Shown: in pieces, positions 1 through 10,116 of the stretch
Layout: every line of letters starts with the position of its first letter
How positions within the stretch are numbered: position 1 is the stretch's first letter
Source: Chamaesiphon sp.
Lineage (GTDB): Bacteria; Cyanobacteriota; Cyanobacteriia; Cyanobacteriales; Chamaesiphonaceae
Length of the DNA: 64,000 nt
Assembly: GCA_965246715.1 (NCBI GenBank)
Contig: CBDFFH010000039.1
Location: forward strand, 1-64,000
Direction: 5' to 3'
Made by a program: the position numbers and the translations under genes
Notes under the pieces: generated by a model
The model's input: only the letters and a program-made list of their open reading frames with translations
Databases searched by the model: none
Told to the model about the DNA's origin: nothing

Positions 1-2
1 AT

Positions 3-737
3 TCGATTATTACGTTAGTAGATGCCGAGAATTTTAGTCTCGATCTATTTAATAGCGAAGCAGCTCAAAGTCAGATTACCTACGGTGATATCATTCTCTT
101 AAATAAAGTCGATCTCGTCGATGAAGCAGATGTAGATTTGCTGGAAGTCCGGATTCGCGAGATGAAAGAAGGTGCGAGAATCATTCGGACGAGTAAATCA
201 CAAGTATCGTTACCGATGATCCTCAGCGTCGGTTTATTTGAATCCGATAAATACCTGGAAACTCCAGATAGTCACGATGAACATCATCATGATCACGACC
301 ATTCACACGATCTACATGCTCAGGAACATCAGCATGACGACCATACAAATTGCGACCACGACCACGGTAAATGCGAGCATGAAGGGCATGACCATCACAA
401 CCATTCACATCACTTAGATAATGACGGATTCACCTCATTATCTTTTGTAAACGATCGACCATTTGCACTGCGTAAATTTCAGTATTTCTTAGACAATCAA
501 TTGACTGTAAATATCTTCCGCGCGAAGGGATTTCTCTGGTTCGATGAAAGCGATAAATGTCATGTCTTCCATCTGTGTGGCAAACGGTTCTCGATCGATG
601 ATACCGAGTGGAAAGGTCAACCCCAAACCAAGTTTGTAATTATCGGTCAAGATTTAGATGAAGAAAAAATTCGCAAGCAATTGGACAACTGTTTGACTAC
701 GGCTAAGACAACCGCTGGAAAGGGTTTTGGGAAGTAA
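3..737 (+). CDS. CobW/COG0523 family GTP-dependent metallochaperone (5' truncated by window edge)
   Basis: Frame open from position 3 (SIITLVDAENF...QITYGDIILLNKVDL, NKxD G4 motif); His-rich insertion; CobW_C motif FRAKGFLW. Confidence 0.9.
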   Translation, partial: SIITLVDAENFSLDLFNSEAAQSQITYGDIILLNKVDLVDEADVDLLEVRIREMKEGARIIRTSKSQVSLPMILSVGLFESDKYLETPDSHDEHHHDHDHSHDLHAQEHQHDDHTNCDHDHGKCEHEGHDHHNHSHHLDNDGFTSLSFVNDRPFALRKFQYFLDNQLTVNIFRAKGFLWFDESDKCHVFHLCGKRFSIDDTEWKGQPQTKFVIIGQDLDEEKIRKQLDNCLTTAKTTAGKGFGK

Positions 738-1044
738 GCTGCGATCGGGATAAGGAAAATTGATTTGCTCCGTTCGAGCACCGCCCTGAACTATAAGTGT
801 CTCGTTCCGAGAGGCTTCGCCAACGGGCTAATAGCAAAAGTTCGTTTCAACGAACTAATCAATTAGGTAGTTCTCTGAAGAGAACTTTTGCTATTAGCCC
901 CTGCTTGGTGCGCTAAACCCTCGGGAAACCCGAGGAGCGCGCATCCGCAAATTCATTTGAGGGCGGTGCGGAAATGAAGCTAGAAGCCCTCGATTTTCCA
1001 AGGAGAGGCTATCGCCAACGAAAATCCTTAACCCAAACTTACAT
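737..1044. mobile_element. MITE-like element, ACGT(C/G)AGTTCGGG-TIR family (subtype D), degenerate, with three nested inserts
   Basis: Aligns by eye with 21305-21517 and 47104-47365 (GGGATAAGGAAAATTGATTTGCTCCG...ATCCTTAACCC); TIRs decayed. Confidence 0.8.
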
Positions 1045-1167
1045 TAAATAAGATGGAATCGGGCGATCGAAATAATTTTCTCAGCTCAAGAACGAGACAA
1101 TTGTTTTGAATGTTTGTGTTGTAGAGGTTAAATGTGGTGGGCATCTTCAATATATCGAGCATAACCA

Positions 1168-1824
1168 ATGGTTACATTACACCTCAGACAACTCAATATA
1201 CCGCCAAATCAAAGACTTTATTTGAGCGAAATCGATTGGCTGGAATTCAATGCAATTCTGACCGAACTAGGCGACAAACGGTCGACACGACTTGCTTATT
1301 TTCAACAGACTTTAGAAATTAGAATGCCATCGCCAGAACATGAAATCAATAAAGAACTCATTGGCGATTTAGTTAAAATTCTCTTGGAAGAACTAGAGAT
1401 CGATCGCGAGTGTTTCGGCTCGACAACTTTTAAGCGTGAAGATATGAGCGCAGGCATAGAACCAGATAATTGCTTCTATATCCAAAACTATCGACAGACG
1501 ATCGGTAAAACTAAGATCGATTTAAGCATAGATCCACCACCCGATCTGGCAATCGAGGTCGATGTTACTTCTAAAACTCAGCTATCTGCATATGCTAGTT
1601 TAGGCGTTCCGGAAGTGTGGTTATATGCCAATGGCAAACTGCAAATCAATTTATTGCAAGCTGGTGAATATATTAGCTCCATAAGTAGTCCCACTTTCCC
1701 AGGAATACCGATAGTTCCTACCTTCGATCGATTTATCGATCTCAGTCGTCAGGAAGGGACTAGTTTAGCACTTAGAAAATTTCGACAATGGGTAAGGCAA
1801 TTAAATACTGAAAACCTTCATTAG
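1168..1824 (+). CDS. Uma2 family (DUF820) PD-(D/E)XK endonuclease-like protein
   Basis: Motifs MPSPEHE, GSTTF, GIEPDNCFYI, PPPDLAIEVD, YASLGVPEVW. Confidence 0.9.
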   Translation: MVTLHLRQLNIPPNQRLYLSEIDWLEFNAILTELGDKRSTRLAYFQQTLEIRMPSPEHEINKELIGDLVKILLEELEIDRECFGSTTFKREDMSAGIEPDNCFYIQNYRQTIGKTKIDLSIDPPPDLAIEVDVTSKTQLSAYASLGVPEVWLYANGKLQINLLQAGEYISSISSPTFPGIPIVPTFDRFIDLSRQEGTSLALRKFRQWVRQLNTENLH

Positions 1825-1886
1825 AATATTTATACGATCGAATCGATCGATCGTGTAGATTTATTGTTTCGAGAGGTAACTCGATC

Positions 1887-2333
1887 GTGGAAAAACTTGA
1901 AGATATTTATAATTTCGTGCAATTATCAGCGCGAATTGCTACCGCCGGACAGCCGACGATTAGCCAATATTCAGCAATTGCCAATGCTGGTTATCAAACT
2001 GTCATCAATTTAGCGCTCAAAGAGTCTCCAAATGCGTTACCAGATGAAGATGCGATCGCGACTAACTTGGGACTAGAGTATATTCACATTCCAGTTTTAT
2101 GGGAAGCACCAACACTAGATAATTTTCAAGAATTTGCTAATGTCATGAATGCACATGAAGACAAGAAGATCTTCGTTCACTGTGCTGCAAATATGCGCGT
2201 CTCGGCATTTATGTATCTCTATCGCCAGATATTCGATCGAGTTGATGAAGAAACGGCTAGAGCCGATTTAGCCAAGATTTGGCAACCTAATGAAATCTGG
2301 CAAAATTTTATCGACAGCATGACAAATTTGTAG
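1887..2333 (+). CDS. Protein-tyrosine-phosphatase-like / DUF442-type sulfur transferase domain protein
   Basis: TAGQP, VINL, YIHIPV and CX5R motif HCAANMR. Confidence 0.8.
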   Translation: MEKLEDIYNFVQLSARIATAGQPTISQYSAIANAGYQTVINLALKESPNALPDEDAIATNLGLEYIHIPVLWEAPTLDNFQEFANVMNAHEDKKIFVHCAANMRVSAFMYLYRQIFDRVDEETARADLAKIWQPNEIWQNFIDSMTNL

Positions 2334-2346
2334 CGACGGATTGCTG

Positions 2347-3006
2347 CTAAAAATTCTCAGAAAATTCGATCGCCGATTTTATCCCTTCATTTAAAGTTTG
2401 CAACACCATCTGCATATTTCCCGCCAAGAGCTGCGTCACATCCAGCCATAAACCTGGAAACTCTTGACTACAAAGGATGCCAGATCGATCGGGTGCCATC
2501 TTTACATACTTGCCATCTTCCAATACAAACCAATCGACTTCCCGATCGAATGTCCGCCATACGATATACTCCTTCACTCCATTGCGTTGATAAGCACGCT
2601 TCTTGTCATGCAGATCGTAGGACGTAGTACTCGCCGAAATCTCCACCACCAACTCCGGCGCGCCGACGATATAACCCTCATCATCAATGCTGGCGTTACC
2701 AACGACCCGAAATAACACTATATCCGGTTGCGGTTCGTTCTCATTGTCTAGGCGCACGGTTGGCTCGACACCCAATTCTACAGTAGGGACAGCCGCTTGA
2801 TAGGTACCCAGCCACGTAATCATATTGCCATGAGGTTTGGCATGGGGCGTAAAGCGTAAGGGGGAAGCCACGTAGACGATTCCTTCAATAAGTTCGGCTT
2901 TTTTGACATCGGGGGCTGCCGCATAACGGCGCTCAAACTCGGCACGATGCAAACGATCGCCATTTTCGAGCAATGGTAAAGTCGGTGAAAATTGTCTGGT
3001 AGTCAT
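2347..3006 (-). CDS. Uma2 family endonuclease-like protein
   Basis: LENGDRL..EFERRY, KAELIEG, EPQPD, GAPELVVEI, GVKEYIVW. Confidence 0.9.
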   Translation of the reverse strand: MTTRQFSPTLPLLENGDRLHRAEFERRYAAAPDVKKAELIEGIVYVASPLRFTPHAKPHGNMITWLGTYQAAVPTVELGVEPTVRLDNENEPQPDIVLFRVVGNASIDDEGYIVGAPELVVEISASTTSYDLHDKKRAYQRNGVKEYIVWRTFDREVDWFVLEDGKYVKMAPDRSGILCSQEFPGLWLDVTQLLAGNMQMVLQTLNEGIKSAIEFSENF

Positions 3007-3067
3007 CGTTGTCGATCGGCTCTCAACCCTTATACCTACAATATTTTTACATAAAATCTCTGTGGTT

Positions 3068-3270
3068 GTAGATCTAGGCGGTTGAAACCGCTACTAGGTA
3101 ATCAAAACCCGCCTACGCGGGTTAAGTACTCTTTTTTAAAGGATGTCTGAAAAGATTTTTTGTACTCGATCGTAGATCTGAATCCCCTAAGTCCCCCTTT
3201 TTAAGGGGGACTTTGACTGGATCTGAGCAAGCTTTTTAAGGGGGTTGAGGGATTTAGATCTAGAAACGAA
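3068..3270. repeat. Cluster of REP-like palindromic repeats
   Basis: GGCGGTTGAAACCGC, AACCCGCCTACGCGGGTT and CCCCCTTTTTAAGGGGG hairpins flanked by TAGATCT. Confidence 0.6.
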
Positions 3271-3554
3271 GCTTGCGTGCATCTACGCAAGTAAATATAC
3301 GCAAATAACCATGCCAAATTTATTTGAATTTTCTTGTGGTAATTCGTTAAATCTGTATGTGAGTGTGGGAATACTATCACCAGAGCAATGTATTTGAATC
3401 TCTATACCTATTAACTATATTTCACCCCTGAGACTCGATCGATCGTTAGCAAGATATCTATAGTAAATAACAGTTCGATCGCTCCAGTAGATTCGATCGC
3501 TCACTTTAGCAAGTTTTAAACCCCAATCCCTCAATACAATCTTGACATCAATCT

Positions 3555-6500
3555 ATGGCAACTAATACTACTAATACCAATGCACCTCTCGTTCCTATTG
3601 TTGTGACAAATGGAAAAGTCTTGCACTATCCGGAACAACTTACTAATGTTGACGGAGCAGTTTATTTTGTTGGAGATGGATACAAGGGGAACGGATCGGA
3701 ACTTTACAAATTAGATGCAAATAACCAACCAGTCTTCGTTGGAGAAATTGATACAACTCCTAATGGTTCCCAGATTGGCATGATTACCAATGTTAAAGGT
3801 ATAGTATATTTTACTGCTAGCGATGGTAACAAATCAGGACTCTACCGAATAGACCCCACCACTGGAGTGCCTGTTCGCTTAGGCGACATGATTATTAGTA
3901 GTGGTATTAAAGGTCCTAGTGGAAATATAGTCAATCTTGCAGGTAGTGATTACTTCATAGCAAATAATAGCAATGAGCTATGGAAAATAGACCGATTTTC
4001 TGGTGCTTTATCTAAAGTTACTCCTAATGGCTTGCCAGCTAATCTTACGTTTAATGGCAATTCTAATGGTGCTGCCATACGTATTTTATCTGTTGGCAAC
4101 AATTTATACTTTAGCGGATATGCTCAGGGCACTAGTAAGGTTTGGAAATTCGATCCTATTGCAAACAATGCCTCACAAGTACAACTCAAAACAGGTGATA
4201 ATCCTGGAGAATTACAGCAGGCAGGAAATATATTATTTATTACTACAAGCGATGGGAAAAAAGTATACAAAATAGATGCTGATAGTGGATTAGCCGTTCT
4301 TGCTAATGACTCACAATTCACCCCAGGATACTATACAATAGATAGCAATAACTTTGTTGCTATTAATGATATCCTCTACTTCACAACTAAAAGTGGTCAT
4401 GATATTTGGAAAATAGATGAAGCGGGTAAAATAGTATTAGCTGGAACTATAAATGTAGCAGGACAAAGCAGCCTGACTAATTTTATTAACGTCAATGGGA
4501 CTTTGTGTTTTGCACTTTATGATGGGACTAACTCTCAGATTTGGAAGCTCCAATCAGATGGAACTGTTGCCAGTATCACCAATATAATTCCTCCTACCAA
4601 TCAAGGTAATTTTATAGAAAAAATAACGGTGATCGGCGACCGACTTTATTTTTCGGCTAATGACAAGCAGTATGGAGCAGAGCTACGAGAATTAGACGTT
4701 GCAACTGGTAATCTAACAACTTTTGATTTGTATCCTGGAGTCATTGGTTCATCTTTGGAATCCAAAATAATCAATGTGAACGGTACACCCTATTTTGCAA
4801 GTGGTGCTGGTGCATTTGAAGCTAATATCTACAAACTCACTGCATCATTAACCCCAACACCTCCAAATCCCCCAACCACCCCAAATCCCCCAACCGAACC
4901 ACCACTATATAAGATTACCGCGATCGATAATGGTACGGCGGAAACTTTAACGGGAGAAGCGCCGAAAACCGGAAAATTTGAGATTACGCGTCTTGACGAT
5001 GTAAGCGTGGCAAAAGAAGTTAACTACGTCATGTCAGGTTCGGCAGTGAATGGAGTTGACTATCAAAAAGTAGAGGGTAAAGTCACCTTTGCCGCTGGAC
5101 AAGCTAGCGCATATGTCGATATCTTGCCGATCGACGATAAGATCTACGAAGGTACTGAAAGCGTTACATTGTCGATCCTCAAGAATAATGGCACTGGCGT
5201 TGAAACTTACAATCCCGCCCAACCATTCAAAATTGCCAGCAATCTTGCCGATGCTGAAATTCTCAACCAGTTACTAGGTACCACTACAGGATTGAGCAAT
5301 ATCAAACTAACCGTAACTGGTGATAAGCAAGCTTACGGTACGTTTGATAACGACCCCTTTAACCTGGGTAAAGGTATCGTTCTGAGTACTGGAAAAATCA
5401 CCGATCTCTCTGGAGCTAATGTCGCCAGTGGGACGACTACTAGTTTTGGCACTAAAAACGATCGTACTGGTGGAAACGATCCGATTACGCTCAAAATAGA
5501 ATTTAATACTGACGAAAATGCCGATCGGGTTTTCTTCCAGTATGTATTTGGTTCTGAAGAATTTACTGACTTTTCTGGAAGTCAGTTCAATGATGCTTTT
5601 ACCCTCACGTTGAATGGTGTCAATCTAGCCAAACTCAGCGATGGCAAAACCACCACTATCAATAATCTCACCCCATCAGCAACTCCCAGCACTTGGAGTC
5701 CCGATTACATTGACAATCCCCAAGGAACTGGACCGCTGAAAGATAAAGTGATCTTAGATGGTTATACCAAGACGCTGACATTTTCTGGCGACCTGATTCC
5801 CAGTTCTAAAAATATCATTGAAATCACGATCGAGGATGTTGGCGATGGAGCTTATGACTCAGCAGTATTTTTAAAAGGCGGCTCCCTGGGTATCATCGAT
5901 CCTAATGCCATCTCTGCCAAACTAAAGCTGATCGATAACGATTTACCTCCAGTAATTAGCATTTCCGACGCTAGCGTTACCGAGGGTAAAAGTGGTACTA
6001 AAAATGCGACCTTTACCGTTAGCTTGAGCGGTGAGAGTGGCATCGTAACGACAGTTGATTATGCTACTGAAGATGGCACCGCGATCGCTGGCAACGACTA
6101 TAACAAGGTCGATCCGACGACCATTAGCTTTGCGCCAGGCGAAACTAGCAAACAAATCGTCGTACCCATTATTGGCGATCTAATTGAGGAATCAGATGAA
6201 ACTTTTAAAGTCAATCTTAGCAATGCAGTTAATGCGAAGCTAAGTTCCACCAATGGCTCAGCGACGGGTACCATCCTCAATGATGATACTCCTGTTTCTC
6301 TAGCTGTCACCGATGCCAATGCCTCAGAAACAAATACCGACCCCGGACAATTTGTAATTACCCGTGGTGGCGATCTAACTAAAGAGCAGAAAGTACGCTA
6401 CAAGCTTTCTGGTAAAGCTACCAATGGTAAAGACTATCAAAGTTCAACTGAGACAGCCATTTTTGCAGCGGGAGTGAGTAAAGCTGTTATCGATATCAAA

Positions 6501-7625
6501 CCAATCGATGACAAAATATATGAAGGAAGTGAAGCTGTAACGCTAACAATCTCAACCGATGATTATATCGTTACTGGTACAAATACTGCTACAGTGACAA
6601 TTGCCGATAACGATCCAGAAAAGCCTACAGTAATCGAACCAATTAAGAATCTATTGATGATTAATGGTGGTTCGGAAAATACTTTGCTCAAATTCACCAA
6701 AGCATCCCAGCAGGGTAACGATCGTAGTGAAATCGGCGTATTCGTAGTCGATGACGACCTCGGGAGTATCGACGGGATTAAGCCAGGAGAAAACGGTTAT
6801 CTAGTAGCTGCGATCGCTCGCGCCCAATCGATTTTCTCCAGTCTGGGTAATAGCGATTTTGATAAACAATGGGATGGTAATTCCGAGCGATTCTTAAATA
6901 TCACTCCAGGCGATCGACTCGGGTTTTTAAAAATCGATAATGATACCATCGATTTAGTTAAGAAGGATTTATTAGTAGGTAAGCAACCAACAAATGTCTC
7001 GCTGTCGATACCAACTACTAATACGACATCTCCGTTTACATTGGTAGCGACTAATAATGGTGGTTATAATATCAGCTTCAACAATTTGGTATTAAACGTA
7101 CAACCACTTGACAATCTCACACCCTCTAAAGGATCTGGTCTGCAAGGAAAATCTGAGGAACAAGTCATCGATCTGCGTGGTACGGGTCAAGCTATTGTAG
7201 ATTTACGGATTATTGGTGATGCTAAGTATGATAACTATATTGCTTTCTATCAAGTAGAAGATGAGACTGGAACCCTCGCCAATGGACTCAAACCAAGCGA
7301 TCCTGGCTATGCCAAGGCTGCAATTGAGAATGCAATCTTCAAGAGTCAATTTAAGAGTCAATTTGATAAGAGTCTGTCTATCGCTGGTGGCAAAATTTTA
7401 GCCCCTGTTATTGTTGCTAATGGTACTTTTGCCGATTTCCTCAAACAGAATCCACAAAATAAAGCCGACAGCAACATTCATACTTACTTCAACTATATTG
7501 GTGCTAATACCGATAAAGTAGATCACTTCCGCTTACTGGGTGATAATAAGTTTGGGGTTGAAGATATGTATGGTGGCGGAGATCGTGACTACAACGATAT
7601 CATCGTTCAAATGAAGGTTCTGTAA
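3555..7625 (+). CDS. Large repetitive surface/secreted protein: ELWxxDGT-like beta-propeller repeats, Pro linker, Calx-beta repeats, choice-of-anchor-L-like domain, C-terminal DUF4114
   Basis: Repeats GSELYKLD/NELWKID/GAELRELD; Calx-beta motifs GSAVNGVDY, DGTAIAGNDY, DDKIYEGTE; GIVLSTG...YVFGSEE...DVGDGAYDSAVF; C-terminus FGVEDMYGGGDRDYNDIIV. Confidence 0.75.
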   Translation: MATNTTNTNAPLVPIVVTNGKVLHYPEQLTNVDGAVYFVGDGYKGNGSELYKLDANNQPVFVGEIDTTPNGSQIGMITNVKGIVYFTASDGNKSGLYRIDPTTGVPVRLGDMIISSGIKGPSGNIVNLAGSDYFIANNSNELWKIDRFSGALSKVTPNGLPANLTFNGNSNGAAIRILSVGNNLYFSGYAQGTSKVWKFDPIANNASQVQLKTGDNPGELQQAGNILFITTSDGKKVYKIDADSGLAVLANDSQFTPGYYTIDSNNFVAINDILYFTTKSGHDIWKIDEAGKIVLAGTINVAGQSSLTNFINVNGTLCFALYDGTNSQIWKLQSDGTVASITNIIPPTNQGNFIEKITVIGDRLYFSANDKQYGAELRELDVATGNLTTFDLYPGVIGSSLESKIINVNGTPYFASGAGAFEANIYKLTASLTPTPPNPPTTPNPPTEPPLYKITAIDNGTAETLTGEAPKTGKFEITRLDDVSVAKEVNYVMSGSAVNGVDYQKVEGKVTFAAGQASAYVDILPIDDKIYEGTESVTLSILKNNGTGVETYNPAQPFKIASNLADAEILNQLLGTTTGLSNIKLTVTGDKQAYGTFDNDPFNLGKGIVLSTGKITDLSGANVASGTTTSFGTKNDRTGGNDPITLKIEFNTDENADRVFFQYVFGSEEFTDFSGSQFNDAFTLTLNGVNLAKLSDGKTTTINNLTPSATPSTWSPDYIDNPQGTGPLKDKVILDGYTKTLTFSGDLIPSSKNIIEITIEDVGDGAYDSAVFLKGGSLGIIDPNAISAKLKLIDNDLPPVISISDASVTEGKSGTKNATFTVSLSGESGIVTTVDYATEDGTAIAGNDYNKVDPTTISFAPGETSKQIVVPIIGDLIEESDETFKVNLSNAVNAKLSSTNGSATGTILNDDTPVSLAVTDANASETNTDPGQFVITRGGDLTKEQKVRYKLSGKATNGKDYQSSTETAIFAAGVSKAVIDIKPIDDKIYEGSEAVTLTISTDDYIVTGTNTATVTIADNDPEKPTVIEPIKNLLMINGGSENTLLKFTKASQQGNDRSEIGVFVVDDDLGSIDGIKPGENGYLVAAIARAQSIFSSLGNSDFDKQWDGNSERFLNITPGDRLGFLKIDNDTIDLVKKDLLVGKQPTNVSLSIPTTNTTSPFTLVATNNGGYNISFNNLVLNVQPLDNLTPSKGSGLQGKSEEQVIDLRGTGQAIVDLRIIGDAKYDNYIAFYQVEDETGTLANGLKPSDPGYAKAAIENAIFKSQFKSQFDKSLSIAGGKILAPVIVANGTFADFLKQNPQNKADSNIHTYFNYIGANTDKVDHFRLLGDNKFGVEDMYGGGDRDYNDIIVQMKVL

Positions 7626-7654
7626 TTATTTGTCTTTGCCGACTTATATATACA

Positions 7655-7682
7655 AAAAATCCCCCAAACTCGGGGGATTTTT
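7655..7682. terminator. Bidirectional intrinsic terminator
   Basis: AAAAATCCCCC-N6-GGGGGATTTTT between convergent genes. Confidence 0.75.
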
Positions 7683-7719
7683 CGATCGATAACAACCGAA
7701 CGTTAATTACTAGGTATGA

Positions 7720-8286
7720 CTATCTCTTTTTGACAGTTTTTATCTCAGCAGTAGTCAAATCTCGCCATTCACCGAGTGCTAGTCCCTTAAGAGAGAGCGA
7801 ACCGATCGCGACTCTCACCAATCTCAACGTGGGAAACCCGACAGCGGCTGTCATTCTGCGGACTTGACGGTTTTTGCCTTCAGTTAAGGTTAATTCCAGC
7901 CATGCGGTGGGAATATTTTGTCGATCGCGGATGGGTGGGTCGCGTGGGGGTAGTTCTGGTGCGATGTGTAACAAATTTACACGGGCGGGTTTAGTATGAT
8001 AATCCTGAATCTTTATCCCCGCAGCCAGCTGTGCCAAAGCCAATTCGGCAGGAATCCGTTCTACCTGCACCCAATAAGTACGTGGATGTCCGTATTGTGG
8101 ATCGCTCAAGCGATGCTGCAATCTACCATCATCGGTTAGCAACAATAAACCCTCACTATCCCAATCGAGTCTGCCGACTGGATAGACATCGGGAACCGAA
8201 ATATAGTCTTTGAGCGTCTGTCTACCTTCACCATCTGTAAATTGGCTCAGGACACCGTATGGTTTGTAAAACAGCAGATAGCGCAC
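7720..8286 (-). CDS. RsuA/RluE-family pseudouridine synthase
   Basis: [37 protein letters not shown]; start placed at GTG 8286 (ORF track extends to 8322). Confidence 0.9.
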   Translation of the reverse strand: MRYLLFYKPYGVLSQFTDGEGRQTLKDYISVPDVYPVGRLDWDSEGLLLLTDDGRLQHRLSDPQYGHPRTYWVQVERIPAELALAQLAAGIKIQDYHTKPARVNLLHIAPELPPRDPPIRDRQNIPTAWLELTLTEGKNRQVRRMTAAVGFPTLRLVRVAIGSLSLKGLALGEWRDLTTAEIKTVKKR

Positions 8287-8500
8287 GTTAAAATCATCCG
8301 AAATAACAGTAAAGCGTAGCAATGGTTACCAGGTCGCCGTCGATACTCGACTCCCGACCCTCAAACGTCGATATTAAAAGCGATTCACTTTGTCCGCGCT
8401 CTAAAAATCGCGCTAAGCTATAACATATAAGGTCGCGAAGGATGGATCTTCCCTCAGACCTCGATCGTCTCCACTCCCGATCATTGGAATTTCCCTAATC

Positions 8501-9802
8501 ATGCTGCGAATTATCACTCAGCACGCCGAGGCGCAACAAGAGTTGCAGCGGATCGGTTCCCGTACTAACGACGATGCGATCGTCCATAAAGAGGCGACCG
8601 TAAGCGAAATCGTCCAAACAGTCAAACGCCAGGGTGATAAAGCCCTGTTACATTATACGGCTGAATTTGACGGTCAGACGCTGACAGTCGATCGATTGCG
8701 GGTCGGTGGTGCCGAGCTAGATGCTGCCTATCAACAGGTCTCGAAGGATCTGCTGAGTGCGATCGAGCTAGCAGCTGACAATATTCGCGAATTTCATCGT
8801 CAGCGCGTGCCCAAATCCTGGGTGACATTTGGCGATAAAGATATCGTCCTCGGCAAACGGTATACGCCCGTAGATCGGGCGGGTATTTATGTCCCAGGAG
8901 GACGTGCTTGCTACCCCAGTACGGTGCTGATGAATGCCATTCCGGCTAAAGTTGCTGGCGTACCGCAGATCGTGATGGTGACTCCCCCTGGGACAGAAAA
9001 AGCCCTCAATCCGGCGGTGCTCGTCGCCGCGCAAGTAGCTGGGATTGAAGAGATTTATCGGGTGGGTGGCGCTCAATCGATCGCGGCATTGGCCTATGGT
9101 ACCGAGACCATTCCCAAAGTTGATGTGATTACTGGGCCGGGAAATATTTATGTCACCCTCGCCAAAAAGCTCGTTTTTGGTACCGTGGGGATCGATTCCC
9201 TCGCAGGGCCATCTGAAGTCTTGATTATCGCCGATCGCTATGCCAATCCCGCCCACATTGCGGCAGACTTATTGGCTCAAGCCGAACACGATCCGATGGC
9301 CGCAGCGATCTTGATTACGACAGATAGTACGCTCGCGATCGCCGTACAGGCTGCGGTAGAAACTCAACTCGAACATCATCCCCGTAAGCTCTTAACCGAA
9401 AAATCGATCGCGCATTACGGGCTGATCGTTGTCGTTGAAGATCTCAAAACTGCCACCGAATTATCTAACCACTTCGCTCCCGAACACCTCGAACTTAATA
9501 CTACCGATCCGTGGGCGTTAGTCGAGCAAATCCGTCATGCTGGCGCAATATTTCTTGGGGATTCGACACCAGAAGCTGTTGGTGACTATCTCGCTGGCCC
9601 CAATCATACATTACCAACCTCTGGGGCGGCTCGCTATGCATCAGCGTTGGGGGTAGAGACATTTATGAAACACTCTAGTCTGATCCAGTATTCCCCAGCC
9701 GCACTAAGTAAGGTGGGTGGTGCAATTCAAGCACTTACCCAAGCTGAGGGCTTATTTTCGCATGGGGAGTCAGTCAGGATGCGATTGAGCGATCGAGAGT
9801 AG
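8501..9802 (+). CDS. hisD: Histidinol dehydrogenase
   Basis: GIYVPGG, GPGNIYV, IDSLAGPSE, DLLAQAEHD, APEHLE, GDYLAGPNHTLPT. Confidence 0.97.
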   Translation: MLRIITQHAEAQQELQRIGSRTNDDAIVHKEATVSEIVQTVKRQGDKALLHYTAEFDGQTLTVDRLRVGGAELDAAYQQVSKDLLSAIELAADNIREFHRQRVPKSWVTFGDKDIVLGKRYTPVDRAGIYVPGGRACYPSTVLMNAIPAKVAGVPQIVMVTPPGTEKALNPAVLVAAQVAGIEEIYRVGGAQSIAALAYGTETIPKVDVITGPGNIYVTLAKKLVFGTVGIDSLAGPSEVLIIADRYANPAHIAADLLAQAEHDPMAAAILITTDSTLAIAVQAAVETQLEHHPRKLLTEKSIAHYGLIVVVEDLKTATELSNHFAPEHLELNTTDPWALVEQIRHAGAIFLGDSTPEAVGDYLAGPNHTLPTSGAARYASALGVETFMKHSSLIQYSPAALSKVGGAIQALTQAEGLFSHGESVRMRLSDRE

Positions 9803-9810
9803 CGCTCGTT

Positions 9811-10055
9811 TACAGCAGTTCCCGCCGCGATCGAGTACAGATTATGTAATCCAAGTTGCTACCGCTAAGCTTAGAGATTTGAAACCGCTGCTTGGATTAC
9901 AAAGTCCGCCATCGCGGACTGAAATATTAGTTAGCGATGGCGGACTTTACAACCGTATTCACGATTTCAATCGTAGGCGTTTCAAAGTAGCAACTTAAGT
10001 TATGTATCAGTATCCCGTTATGGATATCTCACGTAACTCCGACAAGATTGCTGTT
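9811..10055. mobile_element. Composite MITE: outer ACAGCA-type ends, inner AAGTTGCTAC...GTAGCAACTT ends, REPIN core
   Basis: Nested inverted repeats; core AAAGTCCGCCATCGC...GCGATGGCGGACTTT; inner part resembles 34671-34843. Confidence 0.6.
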
Positions 10056-10116
10056 GAATGATTTTGGATCGATCGTCAGCAGATCTCCACGCGATCGATC
10101 TCCTCAGCCGCTAAAA

